A stretch of DNA of 48,742 bases, from assembly GCF_001194135.2 (NCBI RefSeq), contig NC_068987.1:7380461-7429202 (forward strand), written 5' to 3'. Below the pieces are notes generated by a model. It made no database searches and was not told the DNA's origin. It saw only the letters and a program-made list of their open reading frames with translations. The stretch's first letter is position 1; each line of letters opens with the position of its first letter. The position numbers and the translations under genes were made by a program. This stretch comes from Octopus bimaculoides. Lineage: Eukaryota. This document shows positions 11,970-25,336 of this stretch, one piece after another.

Positions 11970-12170
11970 GCACAAGGCCCAAAATTTTGGGGTAGGGGGC
12001 CAGTCGATTAGTTTGTCCTCCAATACGCAACTGGTACTTAATTCATCGATCCCGAAAGGATGAAAGGCAAAGTCGACCTCGGCGGAATTTGAACTCAGAA
12101 CGTAGCGACGGGCGAAGTATCGTTAAGCATTTCGTCCAACGTGTTAACGATTCTGCCATCTCGCCGCCTT
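11970..12170 (-). mobile_element. SINE family A, copy A3 (tandem with A2)
   Basis: Matches A1 throughout. Confidence 0.9.
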
Positions 12171-12496
12171 GTCCTTTATGAATAATAGCCAATATTGGTC
12201 TTAGAGGGATTTGAATTCAGCCCAGAGTGGAAATTATCGTAAGAATATCACAACACATTCTCTGCGACAAACTAAAAAGTCTGCCAACTTAATTCGCTTC
12301 AGTAAATTTCACTTCGAGTGGAATCTATTTAACAGCCAAGTGGACTGATAAGTGTCTTTGTCAAGTGCACAAAAGTTATGTTAGTAACAGGATACACAGC
12401 TTTGAGTACACGAATCAGATACGTTTCCAATCGATTTTTTTCTTTGTCAGCTACATTTATAGCAGCTTTAGTTATAATAATAGACAGCAACCAGAT

Positions 12497-12717
12497 AGGA
12501 GGGGCTGCTGAGAAGTTCTTGACTTTAAGGGTATCGCGAAAGGCCTGTCTAGCGGCCCAATCTTCTTAGTTCTTTTACAGGGTTTCGAAAAACTGAAGGA
12601 CCACTGCAATAAGTGTGTGAATCTGAGAGGGGAATATGTTGAATAAAATCATAATTAACTAATCTTCCTGTATTTTTTTTTTAGCCAAAGCCAGAAACTA
12701 TTCAGCATTCTCTACTG
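12497..12717 (+). mobile_element. Mariner-derived MITE, decayed copy
   Basis: Reverse complement aligns with 48430-48650. Reads QGFEKLKDHCNKCVNLRGEYVE*, a mariner transposase C-terminus. Confidence 0.8.
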
Positions 12718-13078
12718 CATATTTACACATATATAAAACACACAAGCACTCACATATTGCTTTTGTCCCTAAATTCTGTCACTGGAACGTGGCCAGGCTG
12801 GGGCATTGCTTTTAACACTTATAGTCGATTATATAGAAACCAGGAATTTGTCAGGTAGTTATTTTCTCGATGCTTATTACGCTGAGAGAAAGACAAAATC
12901 AACACAGGACTAAGTGTATATGTAACCATATATCACAACAAAGGACGTCATCTATTAATTCTGTAACTTTATAAATAGGAGCGAAACTGTCTAGCGTTCA
13001 GTTGCTTATTGATCACTTGCTCACAGTTGATCTGTTTGTTCAGCGCTTGCCGCATTGTCTGTGTTTTTGTGTTCATGT

Positions 13079-13132
<54 letters not shown>

Positions 13133-13420
13133 NNNNNNNNNNNNNNNNNNNNNNNNNNNNNNNNNNNNNNNNNNNNNNNNNNNNNNNNNNNNNNNNNNNN
13201 NNNNNNNNNNNNNNNNNNNNNNNNNNNNNNNNNNNNNNNNNNNNNNNNNNNNNNNNNNNNNNNNNNNNNNNNNNNNNNNNNNNNNNNNNNNNNNNNNNNN
13301 NNNNNNNNNNNNNNNNNNNNNNNNNNNNNNNNNNNNNNNNNNNNNNNNNNNNNNNNNNNNNNNNNNNNNNNNNNNNNNNNNNNNNNNNNNNNNNNNNNNN
13401 NNNNNNNNNNNNNNTATATA

Positions 13421-13970
13421 TAATTTATCGACCCCGAAAGGATGAAAGGCAAAGTCGACCTTGGCGGAATTTGAACTCAGAACGTAGCGACGAGCGAAAT
13501 ACCGCTACAAATTTCATCCAGCTTGCAAACGAATCCTTTTCTATTCGAGGCACAAGGCCCGAATTTTTTTAGGAGAGGACCAGTCAATTGGATTGATTCC
13601 AGTACGCAATTGGTACTTAATTTATCGACCTCGAAAGGATGAAAGACAAAGTTAACCTGGGCGGAATTTGAACTCAGAACGTAAAGACACGAAATGCTGC
13701 TAAGCATTTCGCCCGGCGTGCTAGCGATTCCGCCAGCTTACTGCTTTATTTTGTTTGAAACTTTGGCGCAAAGTCAGCATTTCTAGAAGAGGAGGCTTAG
13801 TCGATTACATCGATCTCAAATCATACTTCATTTTACCGACCCCGAAAGAATGAAAGGCAAAGTCGACCTCAGCGGGATTTGAAATCAGAATGTAAAGAGT
13901 TGGATGAAATATCGGGACGCATTTCTTTTCCTTACCGCCGGCGCGCTAACGATTCCGCTAGATCACTACT
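13421..13970 (-). mobile_element. Three tandem SINE family A copies (A4 cut by the gap, A5 ~13533-13747, A6 ~13760-13970)
   Basis: Three successive GATGAAAGGCAAAGTCGACC-type cores on the plus strand. Confidence 0.85.
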
Positions 13971-14847
13971 TTATTTTGAACCAATATTTTCTCAGTTGCT
14001 TCTTCCCTCTTTACCGAATAAAAATTTTTTCGTTAGAGTCGCGATTCTTTGGACGGTATTCATGCTTCCCTGTGCCAAGCTTCTTACTTTAGTACAGAAT
14101 TCATCAATCAATATCCTCTTTCTTTCTTTTCATTATATCATTACTGCCATTAATTGCATTTCTATGTAGTCCTAAGAACACGTCATGTGTATCATTCAAA
14201 TTTGGCCAAAATCCCAACACTAATATTATTCGTGACGCCGAATTTTCAAAGTCGTTACATACTAAAATAATTCCAAGTTCAATCGATTTTCCACAACCTT
14301 TGATTCCAAAGCCTTACCAGATTACTAATTTTCCTGAACTAGGGGTGGTCCTCTTGATCAACACACTCTAAACAGATATTAAATTTGCTTAAATGATTAA
14401 ATGAAATACAGATATCTGCACAGGAGTGTAGGTGCAGATTATACGAGGTTCCCGACCATTAGTGTCTGGAAAGTTGGTGTTGTACCTGGATTATATTTTC
14501 CAAACATTTCTCTTCAATGAAGTTACTCTCCTTTCTATCATCTAGACTGCTCCTTAAAATTAACATTAATCATACGTTTTCCCGTGCATTCTTCGGATTA
14601 ATTACAATAACTGAATAACCAATGTTGGGGTAATATCACACCATATCCTTAAAGATAGATTATTTCCAAACTTTTAAATTATATCAAATAGTTTGAACAA
14701 ATTTAATTACTAGCAACAAATAGTGTTTAATCACGGATTTAGATTTTGTCTTCATTGATTGCTGAAGATCTTAAATATGTAAGCAAATTTTCAAATTTTC
14801 AAGTTCTATATAATTTTACCTTGTGAATATTTCTTCATCGAATTTAG

Positions 14848-14952
14848 GTGTTTTTGCTCAATAAACACTCACAACGCTCGGTCTGGGAATCGAAACCGCG
14901 ATCCTACGACCGCGAGTTCACTGCCCTAACCACTGGACCATTGCGCCTCCAC
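14848..14952 (-). mobile_element. tRNA-derived SINE head (family C-related)
   Basis: Minus strand GGAGGCGCAATGGTCCAGTGGTTAGGG...GTTTCGATTCCC (A and B boxes), continuing into TTGAGCAAAAACAC. Confidence 0.8.
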
Positions 14953-15544
14953 TATGATATATATATATATAGCACTGATATATGTTATGTACGGAAGTTG
15001 GAGTTTTCTCTGCCTGATCTGAATCTTCCAGTGCGAGAGAGAAAAATACGAAGCAGATAAGTGACCTCAGATGACAGAAACTTTAGTGGTCACTAAAGGA
15101 TTGGATTTGGAGCTGAACAATTCTTATTCAAGCTGGAATTAAGAAAATAACATAAGTAATGTTCTGTTTATCTACACAAAAGTCTTATTTTCAATGAAAT
15201 AGACTTCAAGTGTTATTAATACTATTCGTTTCATCGACTCTAGAAAGAAGAGACAACCAGCTTTGTTATTATTTGATTTTGCATTGAATATTGTTGTCTC
15301 TTTGGGCAGGTGGCTTTTCTGTGTCTCAAATTGCTTGATCGAATTCAGAATCGAGTTGTTGACATTGTGGATCCGCTTCTTTCTATTAGGTTGTTGAAGT
15401 CTTTGGCTCATCGTCGAAATATATATACATGTACATATATATGTACATATATATATATATAGAAAGAGAGAGACAGAGACAGACAGACAGAGATACACAC
15501 ACATACATACTCAAACACACACACACACATATATAACGAGAGAG

Positions 15545-15710
15545 AGGAGGCTTCCCTTCGGTTTCCGAATTACGTCCAAAAAATTCACCACAAAGAGTTA
15601 CCGGGTCTCTAGCTTAAGGCCCTTGCCCAAAGTGCCTCGCAGTGGAATTGAACCCCAAAACACGTGGTTGTAAAGCAAGCTTCTTAACCTCACAGCCATG
15701 CTTGTACCTA
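15545..15710 (-). mobile_element. SINE family B, 5' half
   Basis: Minus strand GCATGGCTGTGAGGTTAAGAAGCTTGCTT...GGTTCAATTCC...CTTTGGGCAAG. Confidence 0.75.
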
Positions 15711-16534
15711 TTGTTCAGTATATTGTAATGGGAAAACGCTTTGATATTCTGTAGATCGACCACTATTTCTCAAACAAGAAAACTGAAATTTCGTCATAGT
15801 TACCACCCGGCTAGATATCAATATTATTCTCCTAATATAACGGGTATCAAATGATGCTGTCTTGCAAAAATAAAGAAAAAAAAAATCATTATTTATTCTA
15901 ACGTTGAGAATATTTGTAATTGAAAGATTAATGGAAGTAAACAGTCTGTAGGACTTAAATATTATTTCAATAGATCGGATAATTTATGTTTACAGAGGGT
16001 TAAAAGTTATTTTTTACAGACAAATATATTTATTTTAACGAAAATTATGAGGCAAAAGCCTACGACACCATTTTTTATATATATATATAGATGTCAGCAA
16101 TAAAATAAGATTTCTGAAGAAAAATAATTTTTAATTTCCAATTATGAAATTGCTTAATTCGATTGAATTGATTTATTGATCAATCTTTATATTTTACCAT
16201 TTTATTGTTAGAGCTATATAATCATACTTTATCGACATTTATATAGTGCTTCTCCACCACTATGTCTTGAACACATCGATCTACAGAACATCTGGTTAGT
16301 ACAGATAAATGAACATCGATAATTTTAATGCTGGCTTTTATTTTCCGCTTTCTGTTATTGTCTGCCTTTAAAAAATCTTGAAGTTGGCTGAGTTAATAAG
16401 TCATCAGACAATCATAGTTCAGAAGGCTACCATTTCTTTCTCGCTCTACCTCTGATCTTGTGATGTGATTTAAGTCAAGCCGTTTATGCACACGTCTGCG
16501 TTTACAGAAATAGATGTAAGGGAAAACAATAGAT

Positions 16535-16700
16535 GCAGGCATGGCTGTGACGTTAAGAAGCTCGCTTTTGCAGCCATTTTAATTCAGGTTCAGTTTCACT
16601 GTGCGGCAATTCGGAAAAGTGTCTTCCATTATAGGCTTAGACTGACCAATGCCTTGTTAGTGAATTTGTAAGAAAAGAACAGTATGGATGCACTTCGTAT
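16535..16700 (+). mobile_element. SINE family B, decayed 5' half
   Basis: GCAGGCATGGCTGTG..TTAAGAAGCTCGCTT...AAGTGTCTTCCATTATAGGC. Confidence 0.7.
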
Positions 16701-17127
16701 ACAAGTAACATCCTGGTTTATCCTGGTTCCATGACATTCACTCTACATATTTGTAACAGTTGGTTGCTTTGCAGTGGTTGCTATCGAGGAAAATTGTATA
16801 CTTCAGTAATAAGAGTAATGAGTGTGTATCTTTTGAATATATTCATTGTCGAATGTATGTATTAAAACGTGTGTCTTCAATAAGACAGACGTTTTAAGCT
16901 GTTGTTTATATATTATATATGCAATAAGATCATAGTTGATTTTGTGGTTAGGTGAGTATCAGAAACAGCGGAGAATCGCGGTGAGCGTTAGTGGAAGTAA
17001 AAAAAAGAGGAGTGGAAGAGATATACTGAGAAAGTGAGAGGTAGAGAGAAAATGGGAGAGAGGGAGAAGGGAGATACAGAAGCAGACAGACAGCAGGCAT
17101 ACAGACGGACAGACAAGTAGCTAGCTA

Positions 17128-17390
17128 GACAGATGTTTCTTTATTGGCCACACAGGGATGAAAACAGAAGGGACAAAATACAAAGTAGAGCTGTTCTTTT
17201 GGGGAAGAAGAAGAGAAAAAGAAAGTGGGCCAAATTTCGATCATAAAGGATCGTAGGAAAACAAAAGCCGATCAATAGGGATCGTGTATCACAGAAATGT
17301 CAATGTGAAATGGGAAAACAGATTAGGTGTATCCGTGGAAAGAAAAGCCTACGGAAAAGACCACGGTAAACTTGGGCAATAATGTCATGC
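17128..17390 (-). mobile_element. Unassigned retroelement 3' end (possible LINE 3'UTR)
   Basis: Minus strand ends TTTGTCCCTTCTGTTTTCATCCCTGTGTGGCCAATAAAGAAA, similar to the tail of SINE copy A11. Flanked by GACA/GATA repeats. Confidence 0.4.
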
Positions 17391-17429
17391 AAAAAAAAAA
17401 CACGTACGTAGACAGACAGACAGACAGAC

Positions 17430-17488
<59 letters not shown>

Positions 17489-18619
17489 CAGAGATCAAAA
17501 GAAATACGAAAGTGACGGCTATTAAGTTAGTTGGTAGCTTTATCGAATCAATAAAAAAAATGAATAAGTAACTAAATGGAAAACAGAATACACACATACG
17601 AACAATGACTGCATGCACACAGTAAGATCTTTAACTCCCATAGCACTAATCAAAGGCACTCACAGAATATCCATCCACATTCTTAGTCTGGTACTAATCG
17701 AATAATTTCTATTTAAAAATAAATCGAAATTATTTTACCCTGTTCACCTTTTACAAAATAATCCTGAAAATACGGAAACGACAGTAAAATTGTTATATCA
17801 TAGTTGTTGAAAATCAATATTTACAAGAAGAGGGTGACGATTGATTTTCAGAGTCTTCTAGCCTTCTGCATGACTTCGCTTTTTAGTAGTAGCCATTTTG
17901 GCTACACACCTACACTATATAGATTCTTGACAAATGGCAAGATATTCACGCAATCTCATTTTTCTTTCACTTCTATATAAGTAGCAGGAAATCTAAGCAA
18001 GAAACTAACATGATTTAGAGAGATAACAGCATGTGAATCTGGTATAGAGATAAGCTCCACATCAGCCGAGTACGAAATATCGCAGCTTCAATTTCCAGCT
18101 TTGGCCAATACTTATGTTACTTATATCAATTACTCATGAAAAACGAACATACATATGCCAACTTATTTCTTTCCAAATGTATAAATGTAAAGCCTTGTTA
18201 CTATACAAAGAAATCGATTTACGTATTAAGACCGATTCTCCTGTAGAGCCATGTTATTAATGTTAGAATAAAATTGATTGAAAACTAAACCAATTTTAGA
18301 GCAAAGTTAAAAGAACATTAAGCTTCTTTTTTTTTTAATTCTGAAGGTGAACAAATGTCAGTTAACGTTATATTTAGAACAGCGAGGGAGAGCGTATATA
18401 TTTATTTCGCTCTTATGTCTCCTGTAACAATACAATAGCGTTTCAACTTATCTCTTTTTCTTCTTTGTTATGAGAGGAAGGGAAAGCATGCAGTTTTCTT
18501 TTCCTTTCAATATCTTTAATTCCGTCATATCAAATTCAATCTATTCTTTAATCTGAGATAAAGCTTTCGTCTAATATTAAAATCTATAAGAATTACGCAA
18601 GTTCGATTTGATAACGTTG

Positions 18620-19145
18620 ATTGTGTTGATGATGACAACAACCATGCAGCGACGACGATGATGATGATGGTGATGATGATGATGATTAGGAGGAGGAGGA
18701 GGAGGAGGAGGAGGCGGATGGCAAGGAGAAGGAGGAAACGCACGATAGGGGTGTCAGTTGTAAAGTGGTGGTAGTGGTAGTGGTGTTGTCAATGATGATA
18801 ATGACGATGATGATGTCTGCTATGTCGATGAGGACGATAAGGAGAGAAGGAGGAGGAGACGTAGAAGGAGGAGGAGAAGGAGGAGGAGGAAGAGAAGGAG
18901 AAGGACGAGGAGGAGGAGGAGGAGGAGAAGGAGGAAGTGAGAAATGTTTGAGAGGTGGTGTCGGTGTTTGAATAGGGGTCGGTAGTTATATTGGTGGTGG
19001 TGGTGGTGGTGGTGGTTGGCATTGTGGCGATGATGACGAGAAAGATAATGATGATAGTGTTGATGGTAATGCAGGGGTGATAATGATAATGATGACGACG
19101 ATGACGATGACGATGACGATGACGACGGCGATGACGACTGCGATG
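18620..19145. repeat. Compound trinucleotide microsatellite (GAT/GAG/GGT/GAC)
   Basis: Directly visible. Confidence 0.95.
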
Positions 19146-19399
19146 ACAAAATTGAAATGCACCTCCACAAAATTTCAGAAATAGAGAATATGATGAGCGT
19201 AGAAAACAGAAGCGCCATTATGGAACGCTAATAGCAATTTACAAACAGTTGAATAATTGGTTCCCTCAACAGAAAAAAGATGACACAGCCAATCGAAAAT
19301 ATATAACGGAGGGCAATATGTTTATGGAATGTTTATTCTTGCAAAGCTTTGGTTCATTCTCAGCTGAGTGGTGAAATCATAAAAGTTCTAATAGTTATA

Positions 19400-19611
19400 A
19401 ATATTCTTTTCTGCTCTAGGCACAAGGCCCGAAAATTTTGGGGGAGGGGCCAGTCGATTAGATCGACTCCAGTACGCAGCTGGTAGTTAATTTATAGACC
19501 CCAAAAGATTAAGTCGAACTCGGCGGAATTTGAACTCAGAACGTAATGGCAGACGAAATACCGCGAAGCATTTCGCCCGGCGTCCTAACGATTCTGCCAG
19601 CTCACCACCTT
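19400..19611 (-). mobile_element. SINE family A, copy A7
   Basis: Near-consensus full-length copy. Confidence 0.9.
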
Positions 19612-20148
19612 TCGAATAAAAGAGTAAAAGAATATTATAGGGTTGTTGTTGTGGCTGGTAGTGGTTGTGATGGTGGTGTTGGTGGGTGCTGATGCAGGTG
19701 GTGGCAGCGGTAGCGTTGGTGCTGGTGCTGGTCGTAGCGGGGGTGGTCGTAGCAGCGGTGTGGACAGTGGTGGGGCAGTAATGCTGATGGTGATAGCGAT
19801 TGTCTGTGACGTTGGCTTTTATATATTTCTCACTATTGTTTGCGTTTAATACTAATTATGACATATTCTGTTTTATTTATTCGTTTTATTGTCGAGATTC
19901 AATACAAATGTTTATCATTTTTCAGTTTATTTTATATCTATATTTATTCATTTATTCATTTTACCATTTTTTTTTCTTTAGTTGTTTGATGTAGAGAATG
20001 TTTTTTTTTTTCTTTGGATTTATTGAGTTGAAACTTGACTATGTTTCTTTTTTTATGAGGTTGGCTATTTATGGCGTGTAATTACGGTTATATAATTTTT
20101 TATGTTGCCTCGCGGACGACTTGTAGATTCGCTAATAATTATTTTGTT

Positions 20149-20182
<34 letters not shown>

Positions 20183-20382
20183 ACAGCAGGATGTTTATAT
20201 TTAGTGAATTCTGCGTGTGGGTGATTTCTGACAAATTTCCATTATGTTTCTTTCGATTGCGTTCGTTTGAAGTTTGTAAAAACGGTTTTTGCTTTCTTCA
20301 TTGATGTGCCTGTGCGTTGTACCGACAATTGGTAGATGGTCTAAGGTAACTTAGGCAATTGCTGGCTAAGCGGTTGTGATAT

Positions 20383-20810
20383 CCTTTTCTACTCTAGGCA
20401 CAAGGCCCTAAATTTGGGCGGGGGGAGCAGTCGATTAGATCGACCTCACTACACAACTGGTATTCAATTTATCGACTCCAAAAGGATGAAAGGCAAAGTC
20501 GACCTCGGTAGAATTTAAATTCAGATCGTAAAGACAGACGAATTACCGCTAAGAATTTCGCCCGGCGTGCTAACGTTTCTGTCAGCCCACCGCCTTCATA
20601 TTGACGAAATATTCTTTTCTACTGAATGCAAAAGGCCCGAAATTTTTGGAGAGGAAGCTAGTCGATTAGATCGACTGTAGTACGCAACTGGTACTTAATA
20701 TATCGATCCCGAAAGAATGAAAAGCAAAGTTGACCTCGGCGGAATTTAAACTCAGAACGTTAAGACAGACGAAATACCGCTTAAGCATTTCGCCCGACGT
20801 ACTAACATTT
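20383..20810 (-). mobile_element. Tandem SINE family A dimer (A8 ~20383-20597, A9 ~20615-20810)
   Basis: Two full bodies joined by CATATTGACGAAATATTCTTTTCTACT. Confidence 0.9.
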
Positions 20811-20842
20811 CTTATTTCTTTATTGCCCACAAGGGGCTAAAC

Positions 20843-20873
<31 letters not shown>

Positions 20874-20874
20874 T

Positions 20875-20924
<50 letters not shown>

Positions 20925-21834
20925 GCACAGTTTAAAAAGAAACAGGGTGTGGAACAGAAGACAGAGGATCAAGAAAGGAAAATGTGTGTAGAGGTATGTG
21001 TTTGTATATATGCAGCTGCCTGCGTATGGGTGTAGATGCCTGCAATATGCATAGAACTGTAGACGAATTGGCAGCTTGTTACAATTATGACAGTTTCTGT
21101 TTGTTTACGTTAGTAATGTACTCGCGCGATAGCAGAGAATCTTCATTCGAGACTGTGCTAAAACACCAAATAAAAATAAGCATATAATTATGTGTATATG
21201 TGTATGTGCGTGTGAATGACTATCTATGCTTTTGTGAGCGTGTATATGTTTTCTCCGCACACACACAAACACACAGATACAAACACATGTTCACAGACAT
21301 ATACACATTCATACATACACATGAACACTTAACCGTTGTCGATATATCGCGTTAAACATTTCCATATTTGTGTTTGTGGCACAAAACTGCTTGAATATTT
21401 TAAAATCATAATCGACAGATGTTTTCTCACGTACAAAATATGATGCATATTCTTAAAACACACGATGAGATAAATATATTTAACCAGTGTAAAATTCGTG
21501 AAAACATATCTGTATAGATGTCTAGTAAATGCTTTTAACAACAAAATGGTAATGGGATGTCAGATAAAATCATTCGTTTCTTTTCAAACTTACAATTGAA
21601 ATGAGCAATATTTTTATCGTAGTGTTTTACGTTGTATATATATATATATATATATATATNNNNNNNNNNNNNNNNNNNNNNNNNNNNNNNNNNNNNNNNN
21701 NNNNNNNNNNNNNNNNNNNNNNNNNNNNNNNNNNNNNNNNNNNNNNNNNNNNNNNNNNNNNNNNNNNNNNNNNNNNNNNNNNNNNNNNNNNNNNNNNNNN
21801 NNNNNNNNNNNNNNNNNNNNNNNNNNNNNNNNNN

Positions 21835-21890
<56 letters not shown>

Positions 21891-21960
21891 GCTCATTTCT
21901 TCCCCAATAAATTTTGTGCATCGTTTTTTGAAATCTGTATAAATTTTCCCTCTCCTTAAA

Positions 21961-22220
21961 ATATGTGATGAAGAAGTTCCAAGTAGAAAAAGACTGTCAC
22001 GCTTCAAGAACAGGAAATTCGACCTTACAGACACATCGTGTTCCGGCTGAGTTCAACAGAAGATCGACTGAACGAGCTCATACATGAGGAACCGCGCCAA
22101 TCCACATATTCATTGGTCCAGCAGATGAAATGCTCTCATGATTCCGTCGCTTATGATCCCCACTCGACGAGTAAGGTCCAAATACTCGATGAAAGAATGC
22201 CACACATTTCGAACGTTTGA
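21961..22220 (+). mobile_element. Mariner transposase fossil (N-terminal HTH region)
   Basis: LSRFKNRKFDLTDTSCSG, frameshift, then EDRLNELIHEEPRQSTYSLVQQMKCSH...KVQILDERMPH. Matches mariner WFxRFxxGxFDLxDxPRSGRP..DPRQSTRELA..WVPH. Confidence 0.75.
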
Positions 22221-22769
22221 AATAAACGAGAAAAAAAACAACCAACTTTGTATGACGACATAATATTTCTGTTTAAAGTTTATCAGACATTAATGTCCCG
22301 ACGTAATCGAAATATATGCTTCCATAGCATTGCACACCACCAGGTGCCAACGTTTTAAGCATAACATACACAAATGGAGACGCAGAGACTACTTTATAAA
22401 AACAAATTTCGATTCTATAAAAGAAGAATGGGATTATGTGATCATCATGTGATTGAAAACACTCCCAGCCATATATGATCGATGCGAATCGATCAAATAT
22501 TTAATGATCAATTAAAATATATTCGTCGATTGATTTGTTTCGAAAGAATTCTTTCAGGCTTTTTTCTATAACATGCACTTGGTCATCGATCGAGTTAAAT
22601 ATCGACGGAAAATAATTTTAAATCGCTTGGAAGTGTTAAATCTTGAAGACAATCAATTTAGCATCGCTATTAATTCCTGTTGCTGTTGTTGCTGCTTCTT
22701 TGTTTAACCCTGGTCAACATTGATTTAACGGAGCCGTGATCAAAGATATTTCATTTGTGACGTTACCAT

Positions 22770-23218
22770 CCTTCATTGATTCTTAATCTCAGTTTCTCCA
22801 GCACAGTTGTCCTGTACATCGGGCATCAACAAGTCTCCAATCATTCTGATTTTGAACATATTCGCCTGCGTCTTCGCAAATGGTGCTAAGTTGCTTCAGA
22901 TCTTCTTTGAAAGTGGTACGCCATGCGTTCTTGGGTCTCTCTCACTTCTTCTGCACCTCTGGTGGAATCCATCGTATAACTGCCGTGTGTATTCATTCTT
23001 CTGGTAGTCAGAAAACAGGACTTGCAAATCTCATACTTCTTTCCGCCTCGCTCCCCTGCAGGCTGCGCAGTGTGGCTGCTCACGTGACATTTGATTTTGT
23101 GATTCTCTCTCTGTAAGATATCTTGACTATTCCTGCAAAGACGCCGTTTATGGAATACATTCAACCTCTCTGCGATCCTGCTAGTCCTTTTCCAATGTAG
23201 AATTTGAGGAAGATTTAC
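22770..23218 (-). mobile_element. RTE-clade LINE 3' fragment, lineage 1
   Basis: RLNVFHKRRL, then RSMRFAS..LPEE..RWIPPE..RPKNAWRTTFKEDLKQL..DWR..ARCTGQLCWRN*, with stops and frameshifts. Confidence 0.8.
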
Positions 23219-23221
23219 CAA

Positions 23222-23364
23222 CGCGTAGCTATGTGGTAAGAAGCTTGCTTCCCAACTACATGATCCCATTGCGTGGCACCTTCGGCAGGTGTTTTCCACT
23301 TTTTCCTCGCCTGACCAAAGCCTCATCAGTGGATTTGGTATATATATATATATANNNNNNNNNN

Positions 23365-23416
<52 letters not shown>

Positions 23417-23645
23417 TGTGTGCCTTTGCGTCTGTTTTTGTCCCCCACCACCGTTTGAAAACCGGTGTTCGTGTGTTTACGTCTGTCTGACTTAGCAGTT
23501 CGGCAACAGAGACCGGTAGAATCAGTACTAGGCTCAAAGAACAAGAAGTCGTCCTGGAGTCGTTTTGTTCGACTAAAAACCCTTCAAGGCGGTGCTCCAG
23601 CATGGCCACAATCAAACGACTGAATGAAAGTAAAAGATAAAAAGA
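23222..23645 (+). mobile_element. SINE family B (bipartite, internal microsatellite and gap)
   Basis: Head GCGTAGCTATGTGGTAAGAAGCTTGCTT, then (TA)n-N-(TG)n, then 3' half GGCGGTGCTCCAGCATGGCC. Confidence 0.85.
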
Positions 23646-24109
23646 TATATTCTATCTTCGTAAGATCATTGACCAGCTTGAGAGGCCCCATTATTGGGTC
23701 TTGCTGTTTCCAGTACAATACTACGATCAATTCAGTCGAAGACCTAAGTCTCCAATTCAGAAGCTTTCCCCTTGTTCTGAATTCAAAAGGTTAACAGAAT
23801 TATGACAATCATTAGATTCTTACACTCCACAAGGCAAGTATTTACGAAAATCGAACTGACTTATAATCGATATAATTGGTTTGAACGTATTATTGGTACT
23901 TACGTTACCAATCTGAGAGGTTAAAAGCTATAGAGAAATGTAATGGAATTTAATCTGAAAACCCGTTTAAATCAAACTGAATATTGTAATCTAGAGTCAG
24001 GAAACGTCACGGTTTTTTGATTGTCGACAATGATGCAAAAATAAATAATAATTATTAATTATATTATTAATCATTAACAATATCGTCTTTGATCTTGACG
24101 GCATTGGTA

Positions 24110-24151
24110 ATGAGGAAGAGGACAACAACGACAATAATGAGGACGTTGATA

Positions 24152-24211
<60 letters not shown>

Positions 24212-24465
24212 GTGGTGATGTTGACAATGATCGTGGTAGTGACGACAATGATGACAACAATGACGATGATGGTGATGATCATGACGACGATGATGTCATC
24301 GACGTCAACAACATCGATGATGTTGATTATGGTGAAGACGATGATGATGATGACGATGATGATGATGATGATGATGGCAACGATGACGACGACGACGGCG
24401 GCGATGATGATGATGATGATGATAACGATAATGATGACGATAATGATGATGATGATGATGATGAC

Positions 24466-24516
<51 letters not shown>

Positions 24517-24540
24517 AACAGCGACGACGACGATGACAAT
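24110..24540. repeat. Long degenerate (GAT/GAC)n microsatellite
   Basis: Directly visible; followed by (TAC)n(TGC)n(TGT)n at ~24652-24765. Confidence 0.95.
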
Positions 24541-24651
24541 AGTGACTGTCTCTATGTTGTTCATTGTCTTCCTTCCGTGATTCTCGATGCATCGATATCT
24601 CTTCTTGTTATTCACGATGATTTTTTTCCCTTGGTGTTTCTGTTGATGTCA

Positions 24652-24707
<56 letters not shown>

Positions 24708-25296
24708 TTGTAGTTGTTATTGTTGTTGTTGTCGGTGTTGTTGATTATGATGATGATGATGTTGTTAAGTTTCTACGGCTGTTCTTTATTAATAACCTAA
24801 ATATTTGGAAACTGAATACCTTAATCAGCCGTAGTCTTCAAATATCTTATATAATTTCCTTTTCCTTATACTTAATATCCCAGCAGGAACCGCCATTATT
24901 AAATATAATATCGCCAGCCAAAGATGAAGAGAAAATGGTCGCTAGGAATACCAAATGCTGTTGGTCACTGTAGTCGAACTATTTCTGGTGTCTCAGCAGG
25001 AAGAGAAAGCTATACTGATAAGATTCGTGGAACCATTCCTGGTCTTTGGGTGCTGACAAATGTACAGTAGCAAGCTTTCGGTGCTCCAAGTGGAAGATCC
25101 GGTTTCATTTCCGCTTTTATTTCCCAGTGAGCTAATTTCATTTCTCGCACAATTCTTATATATTTGGTATGTTTAGAACTGACATAAGAATCCCAACAAA
25201 CAGTTTTATATACATACATGCATACATACATGTATATATATGTATATATATATGTGTACATACATATATATACATACTTATACATATATATATACA

Positions 25297-25336
<40 letters not shown>

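Noticed and set aside
14010-14080. NFFVRVAILW..LP resembling a CR1/L2 ORF2 C-terminal motif
   Set aside because: Too short and divergent to call without a profile search.
18525-19849. Poly-Gly/Glu/Ser/His/Leu ORFs
   Set aside because: Trinucleotide microsatellites open in several frames on both strands, with no splice or start context.
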